NCBI GenBank assembly: GCA_965178125.1
Contig: OZ237740.1
Span: forward strand, 62,001-126,000
Length of the DNA stretch: 64,000 bases
Source: Bilabrum cf. latius
Lineage: Eukaryota
Reading direction: 5' to 3'
The notes under the pieces are model-generated. The model saw only the letters and a list, made by a program, of their open reading frames with translations. It was not told the DNA's origin and did no database searches. The position numbers and the translations under genes are program-made. Numbering within the stretch: position 1 is the stretch's first letter; each line of letters begins with the position of its first letter. Shown here piece by piece: positions 26,801 through 38,852 of the stretch.

Positions 26801-29800
26801 CACCCCCGTGATGGAAGGAGATGCTACAGTGGAGCAGATGATGGAAGAATCAGAGGACATCGCGGGGATGCATGCTGGCGCCGGCGGTGGGTGCACCCTG
26901 ATGGGCTGCCTGTGCGCCTGCGTGAGTCCGTTCTGCTGCCAGCGGCGCACCCCCGAGGAGATTGCGCGGTCCAAGGCAGATTTCGTACCCGCCGAGATGG
27001 AGATGAGGTATCGCGTGCTTAACATCGTGCGGCAGCGGTACCAGCGGTACTTTGACGATGGGCAGATGAGCGCCAGCGCCTACGACATCCTAATCGACGC
27101 GCTCAACAAGTCGCTAGACCGCGTACAGGACCCGCTCGGCGAATGGGTGAGGGTGAAGCGGTACGCTTCCTACGATCTGTCCCTCCTCCTGTCGCGCTTC
27201 TCCTGCGTCCCTGACGCGCTCAACTTCAACGCGCTAAAGCTCGAGTACGATCTGAGCGTAAACTTCATGCGCGGGCACGAAAAGGTGGAGGACGCGCTCG
27301 CGGTGCTGCTGAGTGACCTCCAGCGCGATGACCCCGACACGTGGGTCAAGGTCGTGGGCGAGTGCAGGCGGCAGTACAAGCTGGCCAGCGACAACTTCAC
27401 CAGCATGTGCTCGCTGCTGCCCGTCCTGCGGGCGGTGCAGACCGACCACGCCATGTCCTACCTGGTCCGTCTCATGGAGCGAGAGGCTGACAGGATCCTG
27501 GCAGCCGGTGACATCGTGGAGGACGAGCATGAGGTGCTAGTAGAGACGCTGCGGGAGGCATGGCACCGTGCGGACAACGTGCGAACGGTGCAGCTGGAGC
27601 CTCAGGAGGAGCTCCGGCGGGTGGGCTACTTCAAGCACCTTCAGAAGGAGCACTTCAGGACGATCTCCAAGGAGGCGGAGTTCATTTTCTACGAGCCGGG
27701 TGACGTGCTGCTACAGGAGGGACAGAGGGCCCCGGGGTTCTTTGTGCTAATGTCTGGGCAGCTGGGCATTCATGCGCGGCTGACTGAGGAGGAGAAGCGA
27801 GAGGAACGGGCCGCGAAGGAACAGGAGCAGCACCAGCAGGCTTCGTTGAAGGCGGGCGGCTAGGGCGACAGCGACACGATCCATCGCACCAACACCGGCA
27901 CCGTCATCGGCCACTCGTCATCCAAGGACTACCACTCGTCTGCAGCACTAGCGGCTGGTCACCCGAAGCGAGCGGTGTCAGCTCTGGACCCCGATGTCGA
28001 CGTGTCTAGACTGGCCATGCACAACGTCCGCGCAGGCTCCAAGAGCTCCTCCTTGGGGGCATCGAGCGCGGGGAGCGGAAAGAGTGCAGACGCCACGGAT
28101 GGTGGCGGCAGCAGCGTTGGGACAGGCAGCAAGCGCACAACCTCACCCCAGACCATCCAGGCCAAGCGGGACGACTCGCACACAGCGCTCACGGTACACT
28201 ATTCTAGAACCACCGTGGAGGACCGACTTCGCAAGAAGCTCGACCTGCCGCTGCCCATGAAAACGGGCGAGTTCAGGTCCATGATGATCGAGGAGAACGC
28301 CACGCCGGCAGATCTGTTCGGCCCGCACAGGGACAACCTCACGAGTGGCAACCTGGTTGGCGTGGTGAGCATGCTCACAGGCACGCCGGCAGTGGTCACG
28401 GCCATCGCAAAGACTAGGTGCTACGTGGCCTGGCTGCCTGCTAAGAAGATCTGGAGGCAGCTCAAGTCGGAACCTCCGTCCGATCCCGCCGTACCTCTGC
28501 GCAGAGTGACACCGCTGGAGAACACCATCTGCAAGATGGCTGGTCTGCTGGTGGCAGAGACGGGCCAGATTAGGGTGTTCAGCAAGCTCAAGCGCTCCGT
28601 GAGGAACAAGCTGTTCAAGCGGGCCATGCTCGTGAGGCCGGAGTTCAGGCAGCCGGTCAAGATCGAGGGCGACATCTTACTGCTCACGGGACGGATCGAG
28701 CGACCGAAAGACAAGCTCCTGGGGCTGTGGATCGCGACGCATCTAGAGAACTACCAGCCAGGCATGGTCTTCTCGCCCCAGAAGCAGAGCTCGCACCCCA
28801 CTAGGGTCGGCTTGGAGGGCAGGAGCCTCGAGCACGGGATGGCCTAGGTCCACGACACGCACCCCGGTGCTGTCGGCACGTCAGGGGCCGCAGCAGCTAG
28901 CACGCCGGGCACGGGCAGGACAAGCAGAAACGGCTCGATCGACGAGAAGTCTGGCGCACCACCCGCCACGCCCGACGCGCGGCCCTTGCGCTCCACCAGT
29001 GGAGACCTCATGTCTCCCAGGCTGGAGTCATCTGACCTGCCATAGAGCGGGATCACTGCTGCGGACCAGGCGCTCTTGAACAGAAACGCGCTGCTGACCC
29101 CCGCCCTCACCCAGCGAGACATTTCGCTCGTGTGCAACGAAGCAGAGCTGCACGCGTCCTCCCAGGTCGTTGTTCCCCGGCAGAGGCTGACCCATCGAGC
29201 CGCCCCAGTGACGTCATCCAAGGCAATGACCAACTCCCAAAGGGCCCACCAAGCCCTGCGGCTGACTCGGCGGTTCCTACAGCCAGACGACGAGATTCCC
29301 ATGTCGGTCGCGATGGCGGTGGCCAAGGGGGAATTCGCCTGCGGTGGCGAGAAGGGTCTCAACGACACAGACTCCGTGGTGTCCTTCGGATCCACGCCCA
29401 GGGGCGCACAGGCCGTGCCACAAAAGGTGCTGGAGGTCATGCTGCAGGGCTTGCAACTGGGAAGAGGCCACGGTCGCACCGACAGCGCGATGAGCACGCT
29501 CACCGAGGGCAGCGAACGACCTGATTCCCCTCGCGTGAATTTCGTCAGTGATGGCATAGACGGTGACGAAGCTGCTCGGAGGGAGGCTCTGGCGCAGAGC
29601 GGACGGCTTGGCGCGGCCGAGATGGCGATGATGACTTCGCAGCGCGCGGGGCCCAAGCTGCACCGACAGCGGTCCAGGGCCCTCGTCCTTGGGTTCGACT
29701 CCAGCAAACAGGAGCAGGGGCCAAGCCCCTCGAGACTCGATGCGGAGCCTGCGGGCAACGGCCTTGAGATGCCAGTGTTCGGTGGAGCCGTTGGAGCACC

Positions 29801-31004
29801 CGGCATGATGCGGGGTGTTTCTGCCCCGCACGCCGACAGGAGGAGGCAGCTAGATAGCTCTGCGGCAGATGCGGCCGGTGCGGCGAGTGGGGGCGCTGCT
29901 GGTGCTGCGGCGAGTCACATACCCGGCCACGCTGCTCTTGCCGACGTGGACGACGTGGCGGTACAGTTGCATGACAAGCCCGCGTTGCCGCAGCGCGCCT
30001 TCCGATCCAAGACAGAGGGCGGGCAGCACCAGCGGTCGGCTCAGGACGACTTGATCGGGCTGCAGAGGGCAAACGGGGGCAATCGGCAGAGCATCGGACC
30101 AAGGGCCGGCCCCAATGCGCATGACATTGACGATTTCGACCCTGACTACCACGCGAAGAACCAGGACGATGCGGAGTCAGTTACATACCAGTGCCACGTG
30201 GGGAACACAGTGGTCAGCAAGACCCTCGAACCTCGCGACTTTGACACCAAGTACTCGCCCTTCCAGTTCGTTCCCTACACTCACACGCGGGGTCGGTTCC
30301 TATGGTTCAGCGCGCATGCCCGCATCCTCGTGTTCCCCAAGGGCATGGTCGCGAGGGAGCTGCAGCGGGTGGACGCTGAGGCGAAGCGGCACGCGAGGGA
30401 GGTGCGAAGGCAGAGGATCGGCCAGGCAGAAGGTGAGGGCGCCATGAATCTGAGAGACGTGGTCCACACTGTCATGGCCGAAAAGAAGCTTCATGAAGCT
30501 GCCGGACTCACCTCTCGTCCGTCTGCCTCGGAGCGAGATATTGAGGACTGCGAGGACGTGGCAGCAAAATGCGATGGCGACGAATGCGTCGACCAGTGCG
30601 CGTTGGACGATACGATGGGAGGCAGTGCGATGCCCGATGGGCTGCCTGCAACGACGAGCACGCCCGCTGGGACTGTCGGGGCGCAAGGAGCTGCCGGTGG
30701 GGCCCGGGGTACACCAGGCGGGCTCAGGATCCGCAGCCCGCCAAAGAGCAAACCGGTAGGCGGTATTCAGCTCCCTGGTAGGAAGGGCGGCGCTGCGGAG
30801 AGCAACTTCATCCGGGCGAGTCGCATGGATAGCGATGTCATGATGGCGATGGGCGTGCTAGCACAGTAGCGTAGGCTGCCCCCGGCGGCCGCTCGCAGTG
30901 CCACTGGGGGGGGCACGCGGGTTGCTTCGTTTCGGGATGATGCCCTAGCGCCCGGATCCAAGGTGGCGGCTCGAGGTCGGTCCAAACTGGGGCCAAGGGA
31001 TTGA
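23816..31004 (+). CDS. SOS1/sperm-NHE-like Na+/H+ antiporter (CPA1) with cyclic-nucleotide-binding domain
   Basis: Introns 24037-24220 and 24334-24483. SATDPVAVVALL, IEGESLFNDG, GLRGAVGLVLA; cNMP-BD YEPGDVLLQEGQRAPGFFVLMSG...GNLVGVVSMLTG. TAG at 25659, 26334, 27861, 28845, 29043, 30867; ends TGA 31004. Confidence 0.9.
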
Positions 31005-31319
31005 TACTAGTCCATTAGGGCTCTTCCGCTTTGTTCTTGGTGGACTAGTAGAGGCTTCGGGTTTTCATTGCGGCATCGGATCTGTCTCACGTGAGAGTTA
31101 CCAAGAGAGCCAGAGGGGAGTCCCTCAGGGGACATCTTTCTCTTCCGTGTTAGATATATACAGCGGACGCATTCAAAACTATCCAGGATAGCCAATCTAG
31201 GATCCATCATGAATCTTCGGCTCAATCCGGAAAAAACAAGATTAACTACAACACGTGCTGTGCATCCTTCAGGCCGTACGCTAATTAGCCTTAGGGAGTT
31301 GTGGAGATCACTGGATCCA

Positions 31320-33697
31320 TTACACGACCGACGTGTCCAGCGCGCCAAGTCCAGCTGCAGCAGGTGCCGCAGCAGAGGCCACGGCGCGCGCCCCCCCACG
31401 CTATCGTGCCCTCATCATGCCGGGAACGTTCCCCGACAGAAGCATGGAGGCGTCCTACACGCTGTGGGCCAGGACCAGGCTGGAGCTGGTGGCTCCCAGC
31501 GCCTCGGCGGAGGCACGCACCAGCTCTCGCTGCTGCGTGGAGCCCGAGGCAGAGGCCATGGCATCGTCCAGCATGCGGATGCGCTCTGCCTCTGCCCTTG
31601 CAAGGATCCCCATGGCCTTCGCCTCACCTTGTGCCCTCGTCACGTTTGCCTGCTGCTCGCTCTCTGCCTTGGTGACGATCACCTGGCGGTCGATGTCGGC
31701 CTGCGTGAGCTCAGTCCTAGCCACAGCGCCTCGGGCCATGGCGATGGCGAGCTCTTTGTCGAGGAACCGGAGGTCCTACAGAGCGATCTCCTCCACGGCC
31801 ACGCCGCACTTCTCCTTGAGATCCGTGGCGAAGACCGACATGAAAGCAGCCCGCAGCTACCGCCTGAATCCACCGGAGGCGTCCTTTCCCGTTGGGTCAT
31901 CCACGGGGTCATCGGAGCCCTCCATTCCCATAATCTCGCCCATGCCGGGGCCGCCGGGGTTCCCACCGCTGGCCGCGGCAGGCGCCTGGTGCTCTGTGGC
32001 CTCCGTCCGCCCCGACTCGGCGCTCCTCTTGATGTTGGCGGTCCTGTCCTGGAGCGGAGACCCGCCCACGATGGTGGCGAGGGCGAGCTTTGCGCGCGCC
32101 ACCACGCTTCGGTTGATGCGCATCTGCAGGCCATGCGCGAGGTTGTCGTGCTCTGCCCGCCTGGACCCCGGCGATGCCTTCGCTGCCGCTGCTGCGGCAC
32201 CACCCTTGCCGTGGCCCGACCTGCCGTCGCCCGACATAGAGCCCTCCGCCCGGGTCGCCGTCTGGTCGTTGGCCAGCATGATCACAGCCTTGCGGGGGTC
32301 CACGATCTGCACCGTCATGGCCGCGTCCAGGATGAGGCCAACGCTGTCTGCGGTCAGCAGCTGCAGCCGAGGAATGCCCAGCGTCTGGATGCCGCTCTGC
32401 GTGAAGCCCTCGAAGTGATCGAGCGGGTTGTTGCGCCTGTGCCGGCCGGGAGGAAGCACGATGATGCGGCCCTGGTCGTACATGATTCCAAAACGACCCT
32501 CAGCCACCGTGATGATGTGCACGGGCCCGTGGCGAATGACGTCTGCGTTCCAGGACACGAGCTCGTGAATGACGAAATCAGGATCGTCAATGTACCTTGG
32601 CTCACCGGGCTCCAGCATCTCTGGGACGCCGTTCCGACTGGCCAGTCCCATTTTGCCCTCTGGCACGATGATGCGGTGCTTGCACTTTGCCTTGATGTGC
32701 TCTTGGCTCGCGGGGGCATCTCCGAGGTAGGTGAACCTCGGGTGGTTGATCCGGTGCGTGCCTGGCCCCAGCAGGTGGCCCACTCCGTCCTGCTGGCAGC
32801 GGCCGATGAAGCCCGGCTCGATGGTGATGATATGCACGGTGTTGTTCTGGATGTTCCTTATCGTGAGGCTCTAGTTGGTGTTGAAGGAAAACAAAGGGTC
32901 GTCGATGACGTGGCGGCCGCCGGGCAGCAGCATGACCGGCGTGCCATCGCGAGTGGCGAGGCCGATCCGTCCGGACGGCACCAGCACGATGGTTAGGGAT
33001 CCCATGTGCACGGATTCTTGGTTATCCGGGTAAATCACGATCTCGTACGCCATGAGAACTGCGGTCCAGTGGTGTCCCGGGGGCAGGATGCAAATGTCCC
33101 CGTTCCAGCGCTCCATCACTCCGTAGGAGCCCGTTGGAATGCGCCTCATCATCAGGAGCAGAATGGGAATCCCGATGATGGATACCATTAGAAATGCAGC
33201 GATGAGATACGCAGAGATGTACTGGCACAGCGAGAAAACATCGCCTGGGGGATCCCCCTGCCTGATTCGCCGGTCGTCGGGCTGAATGAACTCGATATGC
33301 CTGCGATATGCTGAAAGGAATCTTCATTTTATTTGTACGAAATTCAAGTTAGATGAAACTTCCTGGGTACTGCGCATCGGCACACATCGTTGCCCGGTGG
33401 GTGGCAGGCAGATTTCTTCAGCAATCGAGTTTGCTCAGGTAGAACTACTCACCCGTGGACGAAGTGGCCGGGCGCAAAGCCCTCATCTACCGGACCTTGG
33501 TGCCCAAATATATCGAGCAGATGCCTTGGAGTATCTGGAACGAGCGCATCGACTTGATTCGCAGCTATTGACGCGGGCACCACAGACCTACCACCTCGAG
33601 CTCCCTTTCCACCCCCAAAAGCTCCTCCTGAGACTACACCGCCTTCTTGAGCTTGAACATGAGTTTCCTTCTGAAATCCGACTGCATGACTTGCCAT
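31320..33697 (-). CDS. SPFH/Band-7 (stomatin-like) protein with N-terminal repeats
   Basis: Intron 33452-33301. Repeats of type LTIVLVPSGRIGLA..G.PVMLLPG; LTADSVGLILDA; C-terminal KAESEQQANVTRAQGEA coiled coil. TAG at 32871, 31857, 31776, 31455, 31401; ends TAA 31320. Confidence 0.8.
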
Positions 33698-33949
33698 GGT
33701 TGATTCTCTGTGCAGATTTGTGAGCTCTGTGTTTTCGACTCGAGGCTGCTTCAAGAAAACCGGAACTATATGAAACAGGGATCCCATTTTCCTGGGCAAG
33801 CGCGGCGGCCACCCGAAGCCACCCGAAGCAAGCTACGATGAACGGCCAAGATGGCGTCAAATGCAATCGTCTGGACCACTCTTACGCCCGCTTTCTTTTC
33901 TGTGATACCGCTAAACAGCCGCGGCACGCCCCAGAGGCGCCGCGCCTGA

Positions 33950-36900
33950 TCAGGACCGGTTGCCAGCTGAGGCAATTGCTCGCAGCCTCTCCGCCTGCTC
34001 GCTCCCAGTGGCCTCCACGAGCGACCGCAAGTAGCCAGTCACGCGAGCGCCATTTAATTCCTCGCTGTCGCTCTTCCCCTCTGCCGGGCCGTTCTGCTCG
34101 CTTTCTTGTTCGGGGGCGAGCAGGGCGGCAGGAGGACCGAACTCGACTACCTTACCGGCGTGCATCACCGCGACCAGATCGCCGTCCAGCACGGTGTCGA
34201 GCCGATGCGCAATCGTGATCACGGTCGCATCCGCAAAGTCCTCCCGAACCGCCTGCTGCAGCGCCGCGTCGGTCCGCTCGTCAGTGAAGCTGGAGGGCTC
34301 GTCGAGGATGAGAACCTTGGCGCGGCGAAGCACCGCGCGGGCGAGCGCGACCAGCTGCCTCTGCCCCGCGCTCATGTTGCTGCCCCCGTCGTCCACCTGC
34401 CGCCCCAGCCCCGCCGGGTCCTCTTTCACCCACTGCCCCAGCTGCACCCTGTCCAGTGCGTGGAGCAGCTGAGCATCCTCCATAGTGCTGAAGGGGTCCA
34501 GGTTGTCCCTGAGGCTTCCCCTGAACAGCGCGGGCTCCTGCGTGATCACCGCCACGCTTCGACGCAGCAGGCTCAGAGGCACCTCGCGGGCCAGGTGTCC
34601 GCCGATCGAAATGCCGCTCCACTCCCCACCACTCGTCACACCATCGAGTTCCGCGCCAGCCGGCGGCGGCTCAGACTCGTACAACCGCAGCAGCGCCTGG
34701 ATGAGCGTGCTCTTTCCAGCTCCGGATCGCCCCACGATGCCCACCTTGCTGCCAGCCGGTATGTCTGCGGTGACGCCGCGCAGCACCCACGGGAGATCGG
34801 TTCTGTAGCGCATCCACATGTTCCGCAGCTGGATGGCGGGCACCGCGGGCCAGTCGGACGGAGGTGTCCCGCTTCCCGGGCGTTTCCCGAAAAGTTCTTT
34901 GGACTGTTCCAGGCGAAGCGCTTTCCGCGCCTCCGCTGCTGCCAGCACCTGTGGCGATTGCCTGGACGTGCCGCTGCGAGCCGCAGACAGCAGGTCCGCG
35001 CGGCTGCCTGCTCTCTGTGTAATCTTCCCGGAACTTTCCTAGGAAACATCCCCGGAATTCCCGGGCGTTTGCTCCTCGTCCAGGTCGACGTCCTCCTGCG
35101 GCAGCCGGGCGTACTCGAGCAATCGCTCCACCGAGATCATCTGCTGCTCCAGCTCCGCCGACTGCCGCATGCACCACTGCACCACGCTCGTGAGCTGCAG
35201 CGCCAGCGTCAAGGAAAGTCCCACGAGGCCCGCATCCAGCTGGCCCCTCAAGAAGATGCAGCCGATCGCCGTGGCCGCGTTGAAGCCCACGCACATGAGG
35301 TCCAGCCGGTATCCCAGCCACCTGCTCGCCACCAGGAACATAAAGTACGCCCTTGCGTTGAGGTCTAGAGCCGCGTCCGAGTGCTTCGCGAGCGTGGGTT
35401 CGAGACCCAGAGCGCGCGCGGGGACGACCCCATCGAGGGCCTCTGCCAGGCTGCCGAAGACCTGCGACCTCGACACCGCCTCGAGGCGCTTGATCTCCCT
35501 AGCGGACTGGAGGAAGAAGCCGCGGAGCCAGACCAGGACGCCCAAGAAGGGCAGCGCGCATATGAGGAGGTAGGGGTTGGCCACACACACCGTGGCAGTG
35601 GCCACCACAACGAGGAGAGCGATGTTGAGGAAGTCGAACGAGGTCATGGGCATCAGGTCGTCCACGAACCCGACGTCTTTGGACACCCTGTTCAAGATCC
35701 GACCCGCCGGATTGGCATCATAGTGCGTCAGCGGTGCCCTCAGCAGGGCTGCCATCATCCTGTCGTGCAGGGCGCGGGAGGACGCCACAGCGCCGAGGAA
35801 GAAGACCGTGGTGCGGACGGCAGACAGCACCACGGTGCCGGCCGCCAGCCCGCTGTAGGAACCCCACCAGTAACCCGTCTGCTGATCGTCCCTCGACTGA
35901 CCCGCCCACTCCGTGATCCAGAACTGGGTGAACACCACCATCACGGTGCCTGACACGAGCAGGAAGGCGGTCGCCAGCAGCTGGCAGGGCCCCCCAGCGG
36001 CGGAAAAGTAAGTCAGGTAGGTGCTCCAGGTCACGGCCCCCGCCTCCTTGCCCTCTGCCTTAACCAGAGAGCTCCCCTTGCCGGATTCCACATCGTTCTT
36101 TCCGGCATTGCTGCCATCAGCATCGCTGGCGTCTTGCTCCTAGGACTTGGCTGCGATGGCCGCAGCCCCGCCGGCCGCTCCCTTGGCAGCTGCCGCAGCA
36201 CGGTCCGCTGAGGTCTCCGCGTTGTTCTCCTTGGCCTCTCTCGCGGCCTCGGAATCGGCAGCGGCCCCCGCAGCGGCCGAGATCGCCCGAACAGCTGCCA
36301 CCTCCTCCTGCGCCTGCTTGCCGGCGTAGGTCCTGTCCCTCGACATCGGCGAGGCATCACCGCCGCCGGCACCCGTGGCCCCAGGGCTGGCACGGCCCGC
36401 CCCATCCACGGGAATATCGTCCAGGTCTACTTCCTCCAGGTGCGCAGGCCCTGCCCCTGCCCCTGTTCCTGCGGAAGGCTTGTTCTCTGCCTCACCGGCG
36501 GCTTCGCCAGCAGCACCCGCCGTGGACGCATCCCCATCCTTGTGCACCTGCACTTCGACGTCCTCCACGTCCTCGCCCTCCTCCTCCAGATCCGCCCTGA
36601 CCACCGTCAGGTCCACCTCTTCCGGTGCTCCCTGAGAGACCACCACTCCCCGGTGCATGACCGATACCGCGTCAGCCTTGGACACGAGGTGCAGCTGGTG
36701 CGTGGCCAGCACCACGCACCGCCCCTCTTCCAGGAGCAGGCCCTGGATGCACCGCTCCACGATGAGCCTGCCCACCTTAGAGTCCACCGCACTGAGCGGG
36801 TCGTCGAGCAACACAGCCTTTTCCTGGCCATAGCACGCTCTCGCGAGCGACACCCGCGCCTGCTGGCCCCCACTCAGGTTGACCCCTCTGTTCCCCAGCC

Positions 36901-38647
36901 TCGTGAAGTCGCACCTCTCGAGCAGCTTGAGGTCCGGCATGAGCCCGCAGGACCAGAGCACCTTCCAGTACCGCGCCTCGTCGAAGGGACGGCCCGCCAC
37001 CACGTTGTCACGGAGGGTGCCGGTCACCACCCACGGCTGCTGGGGGGAGAGCGCGGAACGGCACCGCAGGCTGGCAGACCCCGCCGTGGTGGGCAGCTCG
37101 CCCAGCAGGGTCATCAGCAGTGAGGACTTCCCGCTGCCGACGGCCCCCACCACTACGTGCAGCTGGCCCTGCCTTGCCGTGAACGAGACGTTGGACAGCG
37201 TCCATGCATGCCCAGAGGGGCTGTACCGGCCAGAATTGGAGCGGTCCTGCCCATCTCCTGCCGTCTGGGGCGTCTACCTACCACCACCGTCGTCTTCGTC
37301 GTCTTCGTCATCTTCACCGTCGTCGTCCTCGCCCCACCGCGCGAATACCCCACGGAGCTCCGCAACGATCGGAGCCGAGCCCCCCTCCCCATCATTTCCT
37401 GCCGCCCCCTCCCCCTCCCCCTCCACGTTCTCGATGGCACCAGTGGCCATGGCCTGCTTCTCGGGGAGCACCAGCACCTCCGTGAGCCTCCGCAGCGCCG
37501 TGGCTGACTCGGAGGCGAACTCGATGGCGAGCGGGATGAACTTGGCAGCCACGAGCTGCAGCAGGTTGAAGAGGCCGAGTGTGACGAGCACGCTCTGGGT
37601 GGACAAAGTTTCACCCAGGGCCGCGCTTGCGACCAGGAACGTCGCCGCGGCCACGATGGTGTTCATGCTGCCGAACAACGCCTCGTTCATGGCGCGCAAG
37701 ACGCTAGCGCTCGCGATTTTCTCGACCTCCTTGGCCCTTACCCCTGCGATCCTCCGGGCCATGGGCCCCTCCCAGGCGAACACCTTCAGCATGCGTATCC
37801 CGGCGATCACGTTCCTCGCCAGCTGTACCCTCTTGTCCTGCAGGCTGGCAGCCGAGGCGCGAAGGGACCCAAAGAGCCGGGCGAAGACCCCCTGCAGGGG
37901 GACGAGGAGAGCCAGGGCGGCCAGCCCCGCGAAGGCAGCGGCGCCCACCTGGAGGTAGAGAACAACCGCGATGGCGATGATTTCAGGGGGTCCCATCCAC
38001 AGGAATGCGACCATGGTGGCGACGCGCTGCAGCCGCTCCAGGTCCTGGGACACGATGTTCACGACCTTGCCAGAGCCGGCCCGGCGGAGTCCTGAGACAG
38101 AGGTGCGAAGGATTTTGCGCATCACGAGCGCGGTGAGCGCGTGCCTAAACTCCATGCCGTGATGCCACGCGCTCCAGAAGAATGAGTGGTGCATCATTGC
38201 AGCGCAGCCGGTCGCAAGCCCGAGAATTGCGGCGTAGACAGCGCCTTGCCAGAGTTCCTCGTCTTCGTTCTGCAAGAACTGCACGAGCCAGCCTACCGCA
38301 AGGACACCAAGAATTCGGCACCCACTATTGACGGACAGCAGCAGACTCGCAACAAAATAGGACCAGCCGAAGGTGTGGAGCAGAGCAGAGTACAAACTCG
38401 GCTACCTATTTTCTCGAGACGCAGTCTGCAGCTCTTCCTCCCAAGCAGCCCCGAGCCGCTCCGCAAGATTAGCAGCTTTATCTTCTTCACGGGTCAGCGG
38501 GAAGTCAGCAATCGCGAACCTGCCAGACATACGGAAGAATGGAGCTGCCCACACAAAGATGAGCCGGCTGCAGCAGTTAGCATCTTCAATGTAGCCACTG
38601 TGCTCTGTCGTTGCTCGAGCATCTTTGAGAATAGATGGCGACAGCAT
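33950..38647 (-). CDS. Full-size ABCC/MRP-type ABC transporter (TMD-NBD-TMD-NBD), intronless
   Basis: Five same-frame ORFs joined by TAG 38402, 37274, 36140, 35039. Walker A GAVGSGKS and GRSGAGKS; signatures LSGGQ and MSAGQ; IAHRL; ends TGA 33950. Confidence 0.95.
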
Positions 38648-38852
38648 CACTAAAGCAAAGTACTCTGCAGTACCCTGCTAGAGCAATACAAGATGCAGTT
38701 GCACTAGGCGACGTGGAAAAATTCCGCGTTCTTTGCCGACACAACTACACGCAACAAACCATTCAAACGGAGATAAACTAGTTGGGCGCTATACAGCCGT
38801 ATCTGACGATTTTGGGCGTTTTTGTATGGTCGGGCAGTAATCTATTGTTCTT

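Noticed and set aside
31209-35368. Long antisense ORFs (e.g. 31209-32996, 34106-35368)
   Set aside because: Shadows of GC-rich genes on the opposite strand; no recognisable domains
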